From assembly GCA_902616855.1 (NCBI GenBank), contig CACMUL010000001.1, forward strand, positions 132,137 to 196,136: a stretch of DNA of 64,000 bases, in the 5' to 3' direction. Both the position numbers and the translations under genes were made by a program. The stretch's first letter is position 1, and each line of letters opens with the position of its first letter. The notes beneath the pieces are model-generated. The model worked only from the letters and a program-made list of their open reading frames with translations, did no database searches and was not told the DNA's origin. Shown here piece after piece: positions 1 through 9,974 of the stretch. Origin of the DNA: an uncultured Alphaproteobacteria bacterium (lineage in GTDB: Bacteria; Pseudomonadota; Alphaproteobacteria; HIMB59).

Positions 1-452
1 CAATTCCATGGTGTGATAAGACCACACACACCAATAGGTTCATAAACTATATAATTATCAGAACTTTCATCAAATTTTGTTTCAAATTCAAATTTTTTTA
101 ATCTCAATATGAAATCTTCAATATGTGACTCTCCAGAGGCTGTTTGTGCAGATGAAGCCCAATCTAAGGGGGCACCAAGTTCAGTTGAAATGGCTTGGGT
201 CATCTCATTAAATCTTCTCTTATAAATCTTTAAGAGTTTTTCAAGTAAAGTTATTCTTTCCTCTACAGAGGTATTTTTCCATGAGGTAAAAGCATTTTTT
301 GCCGCCACTACAGCCATGTTAGTGTCATCTTCATTACCTAAAGATATAGTTACATAAGGTTCTTCTGTAGCTGGATTAATTACATTAAAATCTGAGTTTT
401 TTGATGGAGATACCCATTCACCATTTATATAAAATTTTCTTTTATCAAGCAT
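1..452 (-). CDS. Aldehyde dehydrogenase family protein (N-terminal part, runs off window)
   Basis: Manual translation from ATG at 452: MLDKRKFYINGEWVSP...VINPATEE...EPIGVCGLITPWN, a typical ALDH N-terminus and PWN motif. Not in the ORF track. Confidence 0.9.
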   Translation of the reverse strand, partial: MLDKRKFYINGEWVSPSKNSDFNVINPATEEPYVTISLGNEDDTNMAVVAAKNAFTSWKNTSVEERITLLEKLLKIYKRRFNEMTQAISTELGAPLDWASSAQTASGESHIEDFILRLKKFEFETKFDESSDNYIVYEPIGVCGLITPWN

Positions 453-504
453 ATTAGATTATAACCATAAATAAACAGTTGGTCGATTTATTAAATTTAC
501 ATAT

Positions 505-957
505 TTATTTTTCAAGAGATCCATCTTGGACATATTTTAAAATACGAACTACTTGTTCATTATTAGACACAACAGCAGAGGCTGCTGCGTCTACCTCTTT
601 TAAAGCATGTTGATGATCTTCACTATGTATAATAATAATTGATTTGTTTAGAGCCGAAGCATATCCAGCATCAAAAGCAGCATTCCATTGTTTGTATTTT
701 TCGCCAAATTTTACAACTACTATATCGCTATCCTTTATAGCTTTTTTTGTACGAATAGAATTAATATTGGCACCTTTATTATCTTTCCAAAAATTTTTAT
801 CCTCAGGTCCTAATATTTCTACGCCACAATTATCAGAATTTTCATGATTGGTGACAGGAGAGAAAAATTGAGTCTTCAAATTAGCAGAGTTACACAATTG
901 AATTAAATCTTCACGCCAATTAGTGTGAATTTCTCCTGCTAAATAAACTTTAATCAT
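505..957 (-). CDS. YtoQ family protein (nucleoside deoxyribosyltransferase-like fold)
   Basis: VYLAGEIHTNWRE, FGEKYKQWNAAFDAGYA and HALKEVD motifs. Start moved to ATG 957 because the ORF-track extension lies in the tRNA repeat. Confidence 0.8.
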   Translation of the reverse strand: MIKVYLAGEIHTNWREDLIQLCNSANLKTQFFSPVTNHENSDNCGVEILGPEDKNFWKDNKGANINSIRTKKAIKDSDIVVVKFGEKYKQWNAAFDAGYASALNKSIIIIHSEDHQHALKEVDAAASAVVSNNEQVVRILKYVQDGSLEK

Positions 958-963
958 AGTTTT

Positions 964-1014
964 AAGTGGTGAGCCCAGCAGGATTCGAACCTGCGACACC
1001 CTGATTAAAAGTCA
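964..1014 (-). repeat. att-type direct repeat: duplicated 3' part of tRNA-Lys (51 bp, identical to 3368-3418)
   Basis: aagtggtgagcccagcaggattcgaacctgcgacaccctgattaaaagtca occurs at both positions. Confidence 0.95.
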
Positions 1015-1070
1015 AACGCTCCTTAGCAAAAAGACCTTGATTACAAATATTTTTTTTCAATGTCATTACT

Positions 1071-1146
1071 TGGTTCATTTGTGGTTCACTAATACAAATA
1101 TACAATAGTCATTTTTATAACCATTCAAAGATATTTTAATGAACCA
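1071..1146. repeat. Left subterminal motif: TGGTTCA x2 (11 bp period) plus inverted TAATGAACCA
   Basis: tggttcatttgtggttcactaatacaaatat at 1071-1101 and taatgaacca at 1137-1146. Confidence 0.8.
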
Positions 1147-1295
1147 GAACTTAGTTCTGTTTTTGATGTTATGACCTAATTGATTCAGAAAAATTAAGAC
1201 CCTACTCTATGGCTAAAAAAACTAGGTTAATGGAATCAAATTAAATCTATTTTAAAATAAAAGGATTGAGTTTACACCTCAGTATAAATACTTCC

Positions 1296-3059
1296 TCAAT
1301 ACATAACCGAAGTTGCTACACCATATAAGGACGAAGCTTGGTCGCTTGAAATTAGTTGATCTGTAGATCTGTCATATACATCAATAGTAATAGTCAAGAC
1401 ATCGCTAGCATTTTGTGCCGTTAAATAAAATGACTTTTCTAAATCAATTATTAATGATGATTCATTATTTATGAAATAACCAATTTCTTGAAATTGAAAA
1501 TATTTGCTTTCATTTGAAAAATTACCATTTTTTAAGTTAATGGTGGTATTAACTCCATTTGACGAAACAAAACAGGGTGCTAATGGTAAGTCACTTCCTC
1601 CACCAAACCCACAATTTATTATCGCATAATAGGGATATTTTTTGGCAAAATCTTTTTTTCTTTGAGCTTCATCTTCAGAAGCTTTTTTATTTGCAGCAAT
1701 TGTAGCTTGATTTTCTAATTTAATAAATTCGGCTATGGTAATATTTTGTGCTTTAGCTTTTTCTTCTTTTATAAGAAAATCATAAATATCTTGATTTGTT
1801 CCACCGCTTAAACTTGGAGCCTCTTTTGAAATTCTTGAAGTTAATGCATCTAAACCTGTTTGATCTGAGATACCGTATTCGACTAACTTTTTGAATAAAG
1901 GTTCATCTCGGGAATATTTAACAAAAAAAGTATAGAATTGCTCACTTTGAATATTTAAATCTTTAAAAAAATCGTCAATAATTTGGAGCGTTAAAACTGA
2001 TGGATCAATTATCTCTTTATTGTCGTTATATAAAATAGACTTTTTATCAAGGGCTGTTTTTAACTTTTGAGTATCTTCGAGGTTAAGAAGTATCGCAAAA
2101 CATTCTTTTTGTTTTTTTTGAGTAATTTCAATAAAAATATCATTTAAATTATTAAATAGATATGGTTCGTAAAAACCACCCCATCTGCTTATTATTGCTG
2201 CATCTCTATGAATTAGAGGGATTGACTCGGTTGAACAGACGAAGCCCCCATCTCCAACATATAGCCAAGAGTAGTGGTCGGAATTATTTTTAAGGGCATT
2301 TAGAAATTCATCTTCTTTTTCTTTAAGAGAAGTAGATACGATTTGTAACAAATCTTCTCTCTGGTAAAAACCAGCAACTGTTAAGGTATCTTTGATTTCT
2401 TTACCATCTCTCCAACCACCCTCAGTTTCCCAATTACCGTTGAAGTCAACAATACAAGCAGGAGCTATGAATATATCGTACTGATAAGCTGTATTAAGGA
2501 TACTATCATAGCAACTGTAATTAGTACTATTGTCAAAAGCTAACCACCATAAATCGTTTTTAAAATAATCATTTCTTTTAAATTCTACTTCTATAAATTC
2601 ATAAGGTTTATTATTAAAAATATTGATAGGTTTAAGTTTCTTTATTTCTTTAACTAGCTCTTTATTAATAAGAGAGTGAATCTTACTATCATAAAAACTA
2701 CTCAATACTTCATAAGAAGGGCTCGAAGCTATATAGGCATATTGAGTATATTCACCCTCTTCTGGGAAAAACTGATCTGGTAAAGCTATACCAACTCGAA
2801 CTACGTCACCAATAAATGATACATTACCATCGATATTTTCAACAAAATTAGAGTTGCTACTAACATCTTTATTTAGAAGGAATGCCCAATCTATAATTAA
2901 ATTATAATATTTATCAGAATAATTTTTATCTTGAACCGAATGAGAAAAAATATTTTCTTTGATTAATGGAGTTAATGAGGGCTTAAGTTCAAAGTTTACA
3001 GCTTTAGATATATTTGATGATAAAATAAAAATAAAAAAAATTAAAAAAAATTTTTTCAC
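1296..3059 (-). CDS. Hypothetical secreted protein, 587 aa (island cargo)
   Basis: Long ORF with GTG start and Sec-type signal peptide MKKFFLIFFIFILSSNISKA. Charged helical stretch before a Cys-containing C-terminal domain. No family recognised. Confidence 0.75.
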   Translation of the reverse strand: MKKFFLIFFIFILSSNISKAVNFELKPSLTPLIKENIFSHSVQDKNYSDKYYNLIIDWAFLLNKDVSSNSNFVENIDGNVSFIGDVVRVGIALPDQFFPEEGEYTQYAYIASSPSYEVLSSFYDSKIHSLINKELVKEIKKLKPINIFNNKPYEFIEVEFKRNDYFKNDLWWLAFDNSTNYSCYDSILNTAYQYDIFIAPACIVDFNGNWETEGGWRDGKEIKDTLTVAGFYQREDLLQIVSTSLKEKEDEFLNALKNNSDHYSWLYVGDGGFVCSTESIPLIHRDAAIISRWGGFYEPYLFNNLNDIFIEITQKKQKECFAILLNLEDTQKLKTALDKKSILYNDNKEIIDPSVLTLQIIDDFFKDLNIQSEQFYTFFVKYSRDEPLFKKLVEYGISDQTGLDALTSRISKEAPSLSGGTNQDIYDFLIKEEKAKAQNITIAEFIKLENQATIAANKKASEDEAQRKKDFAKKYPYYAIINCGFGGGSDLPLAPCFVSSNGVNTTINLKNGNFSNESKYFQFQEIGYFINNESSLIIDLEKSFYLTAQNASDVLTITIDVYDRSTDQLISSDQASSLYGVATSVMY

Positions 3060-3245
3060 ATTTTTATCTTATATTAAAATTTATAAAAAAACAAAAAATG
3101 TGTCTTATAAAACTTTCATGTGGATCATCGGAATAATGTAGTATCAGAAATTAAAAACCTTATTTATGTATCTTTTTATGAAGTGGGTTCAATAATATTT
3201 CTGATTATTTCATATCAATTTCATCTAATTTGATGTGTTTTATTC

Positions 3246-3322
3246 TGGTTCACTTGTGGTTCACTAAAATAAATATCCCTCAAGCTATTTCAGTTCACTT
3301 TCTCTGTGATTGTAATGAACCA
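3246..3322. repeat. Right subterminal motif: TGGTTCA x2 (11 bp period) plus inverted TAATGAACCA
   Basis: tggttcacttgtggttcactaaaataaatat at 3246-3276 (28/31 identical to 1071-1101) and taatgaacca at 3313-3322. Confidence 0.8.
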
Positions 3323-3370
3323 AGACATTAGGAGTTTGATATGTTTTTCTAATATTTCTCACCTTAAAAG

Positions 3371-3446
3371 TGGTGAGCCCAGCAGGATTCGAACCTGCGA
3401 CACCCTGATTAAAAGTCAGGTGCTCTACCGGCTGAGCTATGGGCCC
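3371..3446 (-). tRNA. tRNA-Lys (TTT)
   Basis: GGGCCCATAGCTCAGCCGGTAGAGCACCTGACTTTTAATCAGGGTGTCGCAGGTTCGAATCCTGCTGGGCTCACCA: cloverleaf, TTT anticodon, encoded CCA. Confidence 0.97.
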
Positions 3447-3466
3447 AAGTAGAAAATGTGAACATT

Positions 3467-3955
3467 TCAAATTTTTGATAAGAAATCAAGAACTGGTTTA
3501 GGAACACTTCTAGAAATATCCCCACCTAATTTATGAATTTCTTTTATAAATCTTGATGAAATAAAATGATATTTTTCTGAAGACATTAAGAATATTGTTT
3601 CTATCTCTTTGTCTATAGTTCTATTCATTCCTGTCATTAAAAATTCATACTCAAAATCTGATACAGCTCTTAAACCTCTTATGATTAAGGAAGCATTTTT
3701 TGATTTGACATAATGAACAAGTAAATTATCAAATTTTTCAACTTTAATTTTATCTAAATCCTCTTTTGGCAATGATTGAATAGATTGATTTATCAATTCT
3801 AATCTGTCATCAACTGATATTAAATGATCTTTAGATTTATTGTTTGATACTCCAATTATCAACTCATCAACAACATTTAGGCTCCTTTGAATTATATCAA
3901 GATGACCATAAGTGATTGGATCAAAAGATCCTGGGTAGATACCTATTTTTGACAT
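3467..3955 (-). CDS. coaD: Pantetheine-phosphate adenylyltransferase
   Basis: YPGSFDPITYGHLD, IIRGLRAVSDFEYE and ISS motifs. Confidence 0.96.
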   Translation of the reverse strand: MSKIGIYPGSFDPITYGHLDIIQRSLNVVDELIIGVSNNKSKDHLISVDDRLELINQSIQSLPKEDLDKIKVEKFDNLLVHYVKSKNASLIIRGLRAVSDFEYEFLMTGMNRTIDKEIETIFLMSSEKYHFISSRFIKEIHKLGGDISRSVPKPVLDFLSKI

Positions 3956-3962
3956 TTATAAT

Positions 3963-6629
3963 TTAATCTTCTAATCGAGCTACAGATACTATTTTTTCTT
4001 TTGCATCTATCTTAAAGACAGATACACCCTGTGATACACGACCTACAACTCGAATATTATCTCCAACATTACACCTTAATAATTTACCAGAGTCTGATAT
4101 TAAAGCTATATTATCATCTAAATTTACTTTAAGAGATTGAATTACTCTTCCATTTTTTGGTGTTATTGTAATATTAGTCACTCCGGATCCTCCTCTATTT
4201 GTAATTCTATATTCATAAGCAGAACTTAATTTTCCGTATCCATTTTCAGTAATAGATAGAAGATACTCCTCGGTTTCGGCAAGTTCTTGAAATTTTTTAT
4301 TTATTTTAGATAAGTCTTTTTTAGCTTCGTTCTTTGCTTTTAAATAAGACTCTCTTACGTCGATGGATATTTTATTATGAACAAGGCTGCAAACTGAGAC
4401 TACTTTATCATCCTTGGCAAGTTTAATACCTCTAACACCCGCTGAACCTAAACCGGAAAATTCTCTTAAATCTTTTGTAGCAAATCTAATAGATTTTCCA
4501 TTAGTGGTAGCTAATTGAACATCATCATTTTCAATTACTGAAATAACACCTATTAGTCTATCACCTGTTTTTAGTTTTATAGCCGTTTTACCAGAACGAG
4601 ATAGTTTTCTAGTTCCACTCATAGCCACATCTTTTAATTTATTTTTTCTTATATTTCCGAGATTTGTTGCAAATACCAAATTATAATTATCAAAGTCATT
4701 AATTTCTTTTGGAAGAGAGAGAATAGATGAGATTTTTTCATTTTTTGAAATTGGTATTAAGTTGACTATAGCTTTACCCCGTGAAGTTGGAGTACCTGCA
4801 GGAAGTTCATAAGCCTTCATAGAATAAACCTTACCAACCGAGGTAAAGAATAAAATAGTATCTCTTGTTGTTGCAGCAAAAACTTGCTCTAAAAAATCTT
4901 CGTCTCTAGTAGTCATTGCGTTCTTCCCTTTACCGCCTCTTTTTTGAACCTTATATGAAGATTTTAATACTCTTTTAATATAACCTTGATGTGAAACTGT
5001 AACGACAACATCTTCTTCAATTATTAAATCTTCAGTATCTATATCTTCTATATCATGCTTTTGAATTTCAGTTTTTCTTGGTGTAGCAAAACTATCTTTA
5101 ATTTCAGTCAACTCGCCTTTTAATACCTTCAATAATTGCTTATCTGAATTTAATATTTTTAGATATGTATTTATATCTTCAACTAATGATTTAAGATTAT
5201 TGAGTATATCGTCTCTCTCTAAAGCAGTTAATTTTTGTAATCTAAGTTCTAGTATTGCTTTTGCTTGTTCTTCGTCTAAAGAAACTTTAGACGATGAGGA
5301 CTTATTAGAAGAATTTATGAGTTTAATATATTGAGCTATATTAGATTTAATAGTCCATTTGGTTGATAATAATTTTTCTTTAGCTTCAGCGGGTGTCTTA
5401 GATTTTTTAATTAAATTTATAACAGCATCGATATTGTTAACAGCTATTGATAATCCAATTAAAATATTAGCTTTTTCACGAGCTTTATTAAGCTTATAAA
5501 CAGTTCTTTTTGTAATAACGTCTTTTCTAAAATTAATAAAGTATGAGAGACCATCTCGTAGATTTAACGTTAGAGGTTTTGTCTCTTTTAAAGCCAACAT
5601 ATTACTGCTAAATGAAGTTTTTAAAGGTGTGTATTGAAATAACTGGTTTTTTATAATTTCAGGAACTGCAGAAGATTTTAACTCTACGACAATTCTAACA
5701 CCTTCTTTATTAGACTCATCTCGAATATCATTTATACCCTCTATAGTTTTATTATTTACCACATCAGCAATACGCTCTAATAATTTTGATTTATTTTGTA
5801 AATAAGGTATTTCAGAAATTACAATTGCATTTCTATTTTTTATTTTTTCTTCATGTAATTTCGAAAGCACAGTAACACTGCCTCTCCCAGTCTCATACAT
5901 TGAGCTTAGACCAGCTGTTCCAGATATAATTCCTCCTGTTGGAAAATCTGGACCTTTTACAATCTTATGAAGTTGTTTAGATGTTGTATCTGGCTCATCA
6001 ATAAGCAGTAAAGTAGCGTCTATAATTTCTCCTAAATTGTGAGGAGGAATATTAGTTGCCATGCCCACTGCAATACCACTGGCACCATTTACAAATATAT
6101 TTGGAAATCTAGATGGTAAAACTTTAGGCTCAGTTAATGTTTCATCATAATTAGCTCTCAGTTGAACTGTTTCATACTCTAACTCTTCTAGCATAAAAGA
6201 TGATATTTTATCTAATCTTGCCTCGGTATAACGCATAGCTGCTGCAGGATCTCCATCCATTGAACCATAATTTCCTTGACCATCAATTAAAGGTAAACGC
6301 ATTGTAAAATCTTGTGCCATTCTTACCATAGATTCATAAATAGCTGAGTCACCATGAGGATGATATTTACCCATAACATCTCCAACTATTCTTGCTGATT
6401 TTTTATACGGTTTGTTATGATGATAAGAGGACTCGTACATAGAATATAATATTCTTCTGTGCACAGGTTTAAGACCATCACGAACATCGGGTAAAGCTCT
6501 CGAGACTATAACACTCATGGCATAGTCTAAGTAACTTTTTTCTAATTCATCTGTAATATCTATGTTTGGATATATTTTAGTATCCAAAACATCTAACTGT
6601 TTTGCTTTAGTTTTTTTCTTTTTAGCCAA
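3963..6629 (-). CDS. gyrA: DNA gyrase subunit A
   Basis: [26 protein letters not shown] (catalytic Tyr) and GyrA-box QKRGGKG. Confidence 0.97.
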   Translation of the reverse strand: MAKKKKTKAKQLDVLDTKIYPNIDITDELEKSYLDYAMSVIVSRALPDVRDGLKPVHRRILYSMYESSYHHNKPYKKSARIVGDVMGKYHPHGDSAIYESMVRMAQDFTMRLPLIDGQGNYGSMDGDPAAAMRYTEARLDKISSFMLEELEYETVQLRANYDETLTEPKVLPSRFPNIFVNGASGIAVGMATNIPPHNLGEIIDATLLLIDEPDTTSKQLHKIVKGPDFPTGGIISGTAGLSSMYETGRGSVTVLSKLHEEKIKNRNAIVISEIPYLQNKSKLLERIADVVNNKTIEGINDIRDESNKEGVRIVVELKSSAVPEIIKNQLFQYTPLKTSFSSNMLALKETKPLTLNLRDGLSYFINFRKDVITKRTVYKLNKAREKANILIGLSIAVNNIDAVINLIKKSKTPAEAKEKLLSTKWTIKSNIAQYIKLINSSNKSSSSKVSLDEEQAKAILELRLQKLTALERDDILNNLKSLVEDINTYLKILNSDKQLLKVLKGELTEIKDSFATPRKTEIQKHDIEDIDTEDLIIEEDVVVTVSHQGYIKRVLKSSYKVQKRGGKGKNAMTTRDEDFLEQVFAATTRDTILFFTSVGKVYSMKAYELPAGTPTSRGKAIVNLIPISKNEKISSILSLPKEINDFDNYNLVFATNLGNIRKNKLKDVAMSGTRKLSRSGKTAIKLKTGDRLIGVISVIENDDVQLATTNGKSIRFATKDLREFSGLGSAGVRGIKLAKDDKVVSVCSLVHNKISIDVRESYLKAKNEAKKDLSKINKKFQELAETEEYLLSITENGYGKLSSAYEYRITNRGGSGVTNITITPKNGRVIQSLKVNLDDNIALISDSGKLLRCNVGDNIRVVGRVSQGVSVFKIDAKEKIVSVARLED

Positions 6630-6637
6630 TGATTTTT

Positions 6638-7108
6638 TTAAAAAGGAATGTCATCATCGAGTTGTTCAGCTGTAGATGTTTCTGAACCACCCATTGCTTC
6701 ATCTGCCGCAGAGTCTAATTGATTACTATTATTTTCATCACTAACAGATGATTGAGAACGAGTATCTAACATCGTTAATACTCCAGAATAATTTGGAATA
6801 ACTACTTCAGTGGTGTATTTATCAACACCATTATTATCAGTCCATTTCCTTGTTTGAAGTTGACCTTCTATGTATATCTTAGAACCTTTCCTTAAATATT
6901 TTTCACAAATATCAGCTAACTTATCATTAAAAACAACAACTCTGTGCCACTCAGTCTTATCCTCTAACTGTTGGGTATCTTTGTTTCGGTATTTCGTAGA
7001 GGTAGCGATTGAAAAACTCGCCAATCTCGATCCAGCTGTTGTAGCTCTAATATCAGGATCTTTACCTAAGTTACCTAGAAGAATTACTTTATTTACTGAT
7101 CCAGCCAT
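6638..7108 (-). CDS. ssb: Single-stranded DNA-binding protein
   Basis: [24 protein letters not shown] and C-terminal DDDIPF. Confidence 0.97.
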   Translation of the reverse strand: MAGSVNKVILLGNLGKDPDIRATTAGSRLASFSIATSTKYRNKDTQQLEDKTEWHRVVVFNDKLADICEKYLRKGSKIYIEGQLQTRKWTDNNGVDKYTTEVVIPNYSGVLTMLDTRSQSSVSDENNSNQLDSAADEAMGGSETSTAEQLDDDIPF

Positions 7109-7172
7109 GAATATTTTTATTAAAAGGTAATATTAATATATATTAAAAGCCCTTTAATTGATATCTAATTTA

Positions 7173-9974
7173 ATGGATAAACATTCACCACTTACTCACA
7201 TTATTGTTCATAATGCCCATGAACATAATTTAAAAAATATAAATTTAAATTTACCAAAAAATAAACTCGTTGTAATAACTGGTGTAAGTGGGTCTGGCAA
7301 ATCAACATTAGCCTTCGATACAATTTATGCAGAAGGACAGAGAAAGTATATCGAATCGCTAAGTGCTTATGCTCGTCAGTTTTTAGATATGATGGATAAA
7401 CCTAAGGTTGATAAAATAGAAGGTTTATCACCTGCTATTTCAATTGATCAAAAAACAACTTCCAAAAACCCTAGATCAACAGTAGGAACAGTAACAGAAA
7501 TTTATGATTATTTAAGAGTTCTATTCTCAAGAGTTGGTGTCCCCTACTCACCCGCAACTGGAAAACCAATCAAAGGCTTAACTAGCTCAGAAATGATAGA
7601 TGAAGTTAATTTCAAATTTAATTCAAAAAAAATAATGATCATGTCTCCATTAATTAAAGGGAGAAAAGGAGAGTATAAAAAACTCTTTGAGGAATACTTT
7701 AAAAAAGGTTACGAGAGATTTTTGATTAATAACAAACTTTATCAAAAAGAAGAATTACCTGAATTAAGCAAAAACTTTAAACATTCTATTAGTGTTGTAA
7801 TTGATAGAATAATACCGTCAAAAGATAATAGAGATAGATTAGCAAATAGTATTGAAATTAGTTTAAAAGAAAGTGAAGGAAGTGTAGAGGTATTTAATAT
7901 TGATGATAATGAAATAATTACATTGTCTGATAAATTCATGTGTCCTGTAAGTGGGTTTAGTATTGATGAAATAGAACCCAGATTATTTAGTTTTAATAAT
8001 CCATATGGAGCTTGTAAAACATGTGACGGTCTTGGAGAAATAGATACATTTGATGAAGATATATTGATACCAGATAAAAATTTATCATTTAATGATGGAG
8101 CAATAAATTTTTGGTCAGAAAGATCAAAATCACGAATATTTCCAAAGCTAAAAAAAATGTTTAATGCAAAAAAATTAGAAAATGTTATTTGGTCTAAAAT
8201 ACCAAAATCTTTTCAAAATGAGGTTCTTTTTGGTGGAAGACAATTTGATGGTTTAATAAATATTATGGACGATATCTATGATGGCTCATCAAGTTGGTGG
8301 AGGCAATGGGAGCTTGAAAAATTTAGAAACTCAAAAACTTGTCATGACTGTAATGGAAAAAGACTAAATGAAAAAGCACTATGTGTTAAGATTAATAACA
8401 TAACCATTTCTGACTTTACTTCCCTAAGCATAGCTAATTCTTTAAAGTGGATTAATGAATTTGAAAATGAATTAAATGATCAGGAAAAACTAATAGCAGC
8501 TCCATTAAAAAAAGAAATCTTTTCTAGATTAAATTTTTTAAATGAAGTTGGTTTGAATTACCTAAGTTTATCGAGAAAAAGTTCTACTTTATCTGGTGGA
8601 GAATCTCAAAGAATTCGATTAGCAAGTCAAATTGGGTCTGGTTTAACTGGAGTTACATATGTATTAGATGAACCTTCAATAGGACTTCATCAAAGAGATA
8701 ATCAAAAACTAATAAATACTCTCAAGAATTTAAGAGATTTAGGAAACACAATAATAGTCGTTGAGCATGATGAGGACATTATAAGAGAGGCAGATTATGT
8801 AGTTGATATCGGTAAGCATGCGGGTATCAATGGAGGATCTATTGTAGCTAACGGAGAATTTAACAAAATACTAAATAGTAAAGATAGTTTAACTAGTAGC
8901 TATATAAGAGGTTTAATTGGTAGGTATCCGCCTACTCTTAATAAAATTCCATCAAAACAATTTATTGAAATTAAAAAGGCAAACGGGAATAATTTAAAAG
9001 ATGTGAGTGTAAAATTTCCTTTAAGTAAGTTTATAACTGTTACTGGTGTATCTGGGAGTGGAAAGTCAACATTAATTAATGAGACTTTGTATGGAGCTAC
9101 TAATAACAGAATTTATGAAAAAATTATAAAAACACTCCCTTATGAGGACATTAAAGGTATAGAAAATATTGATAAAGTTATAAATATCGATCAATCACCG
9201 ATTGGAAGAACACCTAGATCAAACCCAGCTACCTATGTTGGGCTTTTTACACCAATAAGAGAATGGTTTGCAAATTTACCAGAGGCTAAAGTTAAAGGTT
9301 TTAAACCTGGCAGATTTTCATTTAATGTTAAAGGAGGTAGGTGTGAGAGTTGTGAGGGTGATGGATTAAAAAAAATTGAAATGCATTTTTTAGCTCCTGT
9401 ATATGTTAAATGTGAAGTTTGTAATGGAAAAAGGTATAATAAGGAAACATTAAGTATTCAATACAATAAAAAAAATATTAATGATATTTTATCAATGACA
9501 GTAGATGATGCTGAAGAATTTTTTATTAATAATCCACAAGTCTATTCAAAGCTTAAAACACTAAAAGATGTTGGTTTAGGGTATATTTCTATTGGTCAAT
9601 CAGCAACAACACTATCCGGTGGAGAAGCTCAAAGGATTAAACTCTCTAAAGAATTATCAAAACGTCAAACTGGCAAAACACTTTATATTTTAGATGAACC
9701 TACAACTGGACTTCACTTTGATGATATAAAGAAACTTTTAGAGATACTTCATAAATTAGTTTCTTATGGAAATACTGTAATTGTAATAGAACACAACTTA
9801 GATGTTATTAACACGAGTGATTGGATTATAGATCTAGGACCTGAGGGTGGAGAAAAAGGTGGGAATATTTTATTTGAAGGTAAACCAAAGGATCTAATTA
9901 AGAATAAAAATAATCAAACAGGTATTTATTTAAAAAAATTTCAAGAGTCTCTTGCTTTAAGCACTGCTTCATAA
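7173..9974 (+). CDS. uvrA: Excinuclease ABC subunit A
   Basis: Two Walker A (GVSGSGKS), two LSGGE signatures and CxxC zinc fingers. ATG 7173 preferred over TTG 7158. Confidence 0.97.
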   Translation: MDKHSPLTHIIVHNAHEHNLKNINLNLPKNKLVVITGVSGSGKSTLAFDTIYAEGQRKYIESLSAYARQFLDMMDKPKVDKIEGLSPAISIDQKTTSKNPRSTVGTVTEIYDYLRVLFSRVGVPYSPATGKPIKGLTSSEMIDEVNFKFNSKKIMIMSPLIKGRKGEYKKLFEEYFKKGYERFLINNKLYQKEELPELSKNFKHSISVVIDRIIPSKDNRDRLANSIEISLKESEGSVEVFNIDDNEIITLSDKFMCPVSGFSIDEIEPRLFSFNNPYGACKTCDGLGEIDTFDEDILIPDKNLSFNDGAINFWSERSKSRIFPKLKKMFNAKKLENVIWSKIPKSFQNEVLFGGRQFDGLINIMDDIYDGSSSWWRQWELEKFRNSKTCHDCNGKRLNEKALCVKINNITISDFTSLSIANSLKWINEFENELNDQEKLIAAPLKKEIFSRLNFLNEVGLNYLSLSRKSSTLSGGESQRIRLASQIGSGLTGVTYVLDEPSIGLHQRDNQKLINTLKNLRDLGNTIIVVEHDEDIIREADYVVDIGKHAGINGGSIVANGEFNKILNSKDSLTSSYIRGLIGRYPPTLNKIPSKQFIEIKKANGNNLKDVSVKFPLSKFITVTGVSGSGKSTLINETLYGATNNRIYEKIIKTLPYEDIKGIENIDKVINIDQSPIGRTPRSNPATYVGLFTPIREWFANLPEAKVKGFKPGRFSFNVKGGRCESCEGDGLKKIEMHFLAPVYVKCEVCNGKRYNKETLSIQYNKKNINDILSMTVDDAEEFFINNPQVYSKLKTLKDVGLGYISIGQSATTLSGGEAQRIKLSKELSKRQTGKTLYILDEPTTGLHFDDIKKLLEILHKLVSYGNTVIVIEHNLDVINTSDWIIDLGPEGGEKGGNILFEGKPKDLIKNKNNQTGIYLKKFQESLALSTAS

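Larger units (their letters stand above)
964..3418. mobile_element. Small integrase-less element integrated in tRNA-Lys
   Basis: Bounded by the 51 bp tRNA 3'-end duplication. One cargo ORF, matching subterminal motifs, no recombinase ORF. Confidence 0.8.

Noticed and set aside
958-999. N-terminal extension MSQVRILLGSPLKT of the 505..999 ORF
   Set aside because: It is a translation of the duplicated tRNA fragment; the family-like sequence begins at ATG 957.
1141-1206. Minus-strand reading ..NQLGHNIKNRT.. resembling a tyrosine-integrase LGH box
   Set aside because: Multiple stops lie just upstream, there is no HxxR and no correctly spaced Tyr; compatible with chance.
3285-3470. 61-aa ORF
   Set aside because: Overlaps tRNA-Lys on the same strand; artefact.
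7109-7172. Expected LexA box in the ssb-uvrA divergent promoter
   Set aside because: No GTTC-N7-GTTC or GAAC-N7-GAAC match is present.
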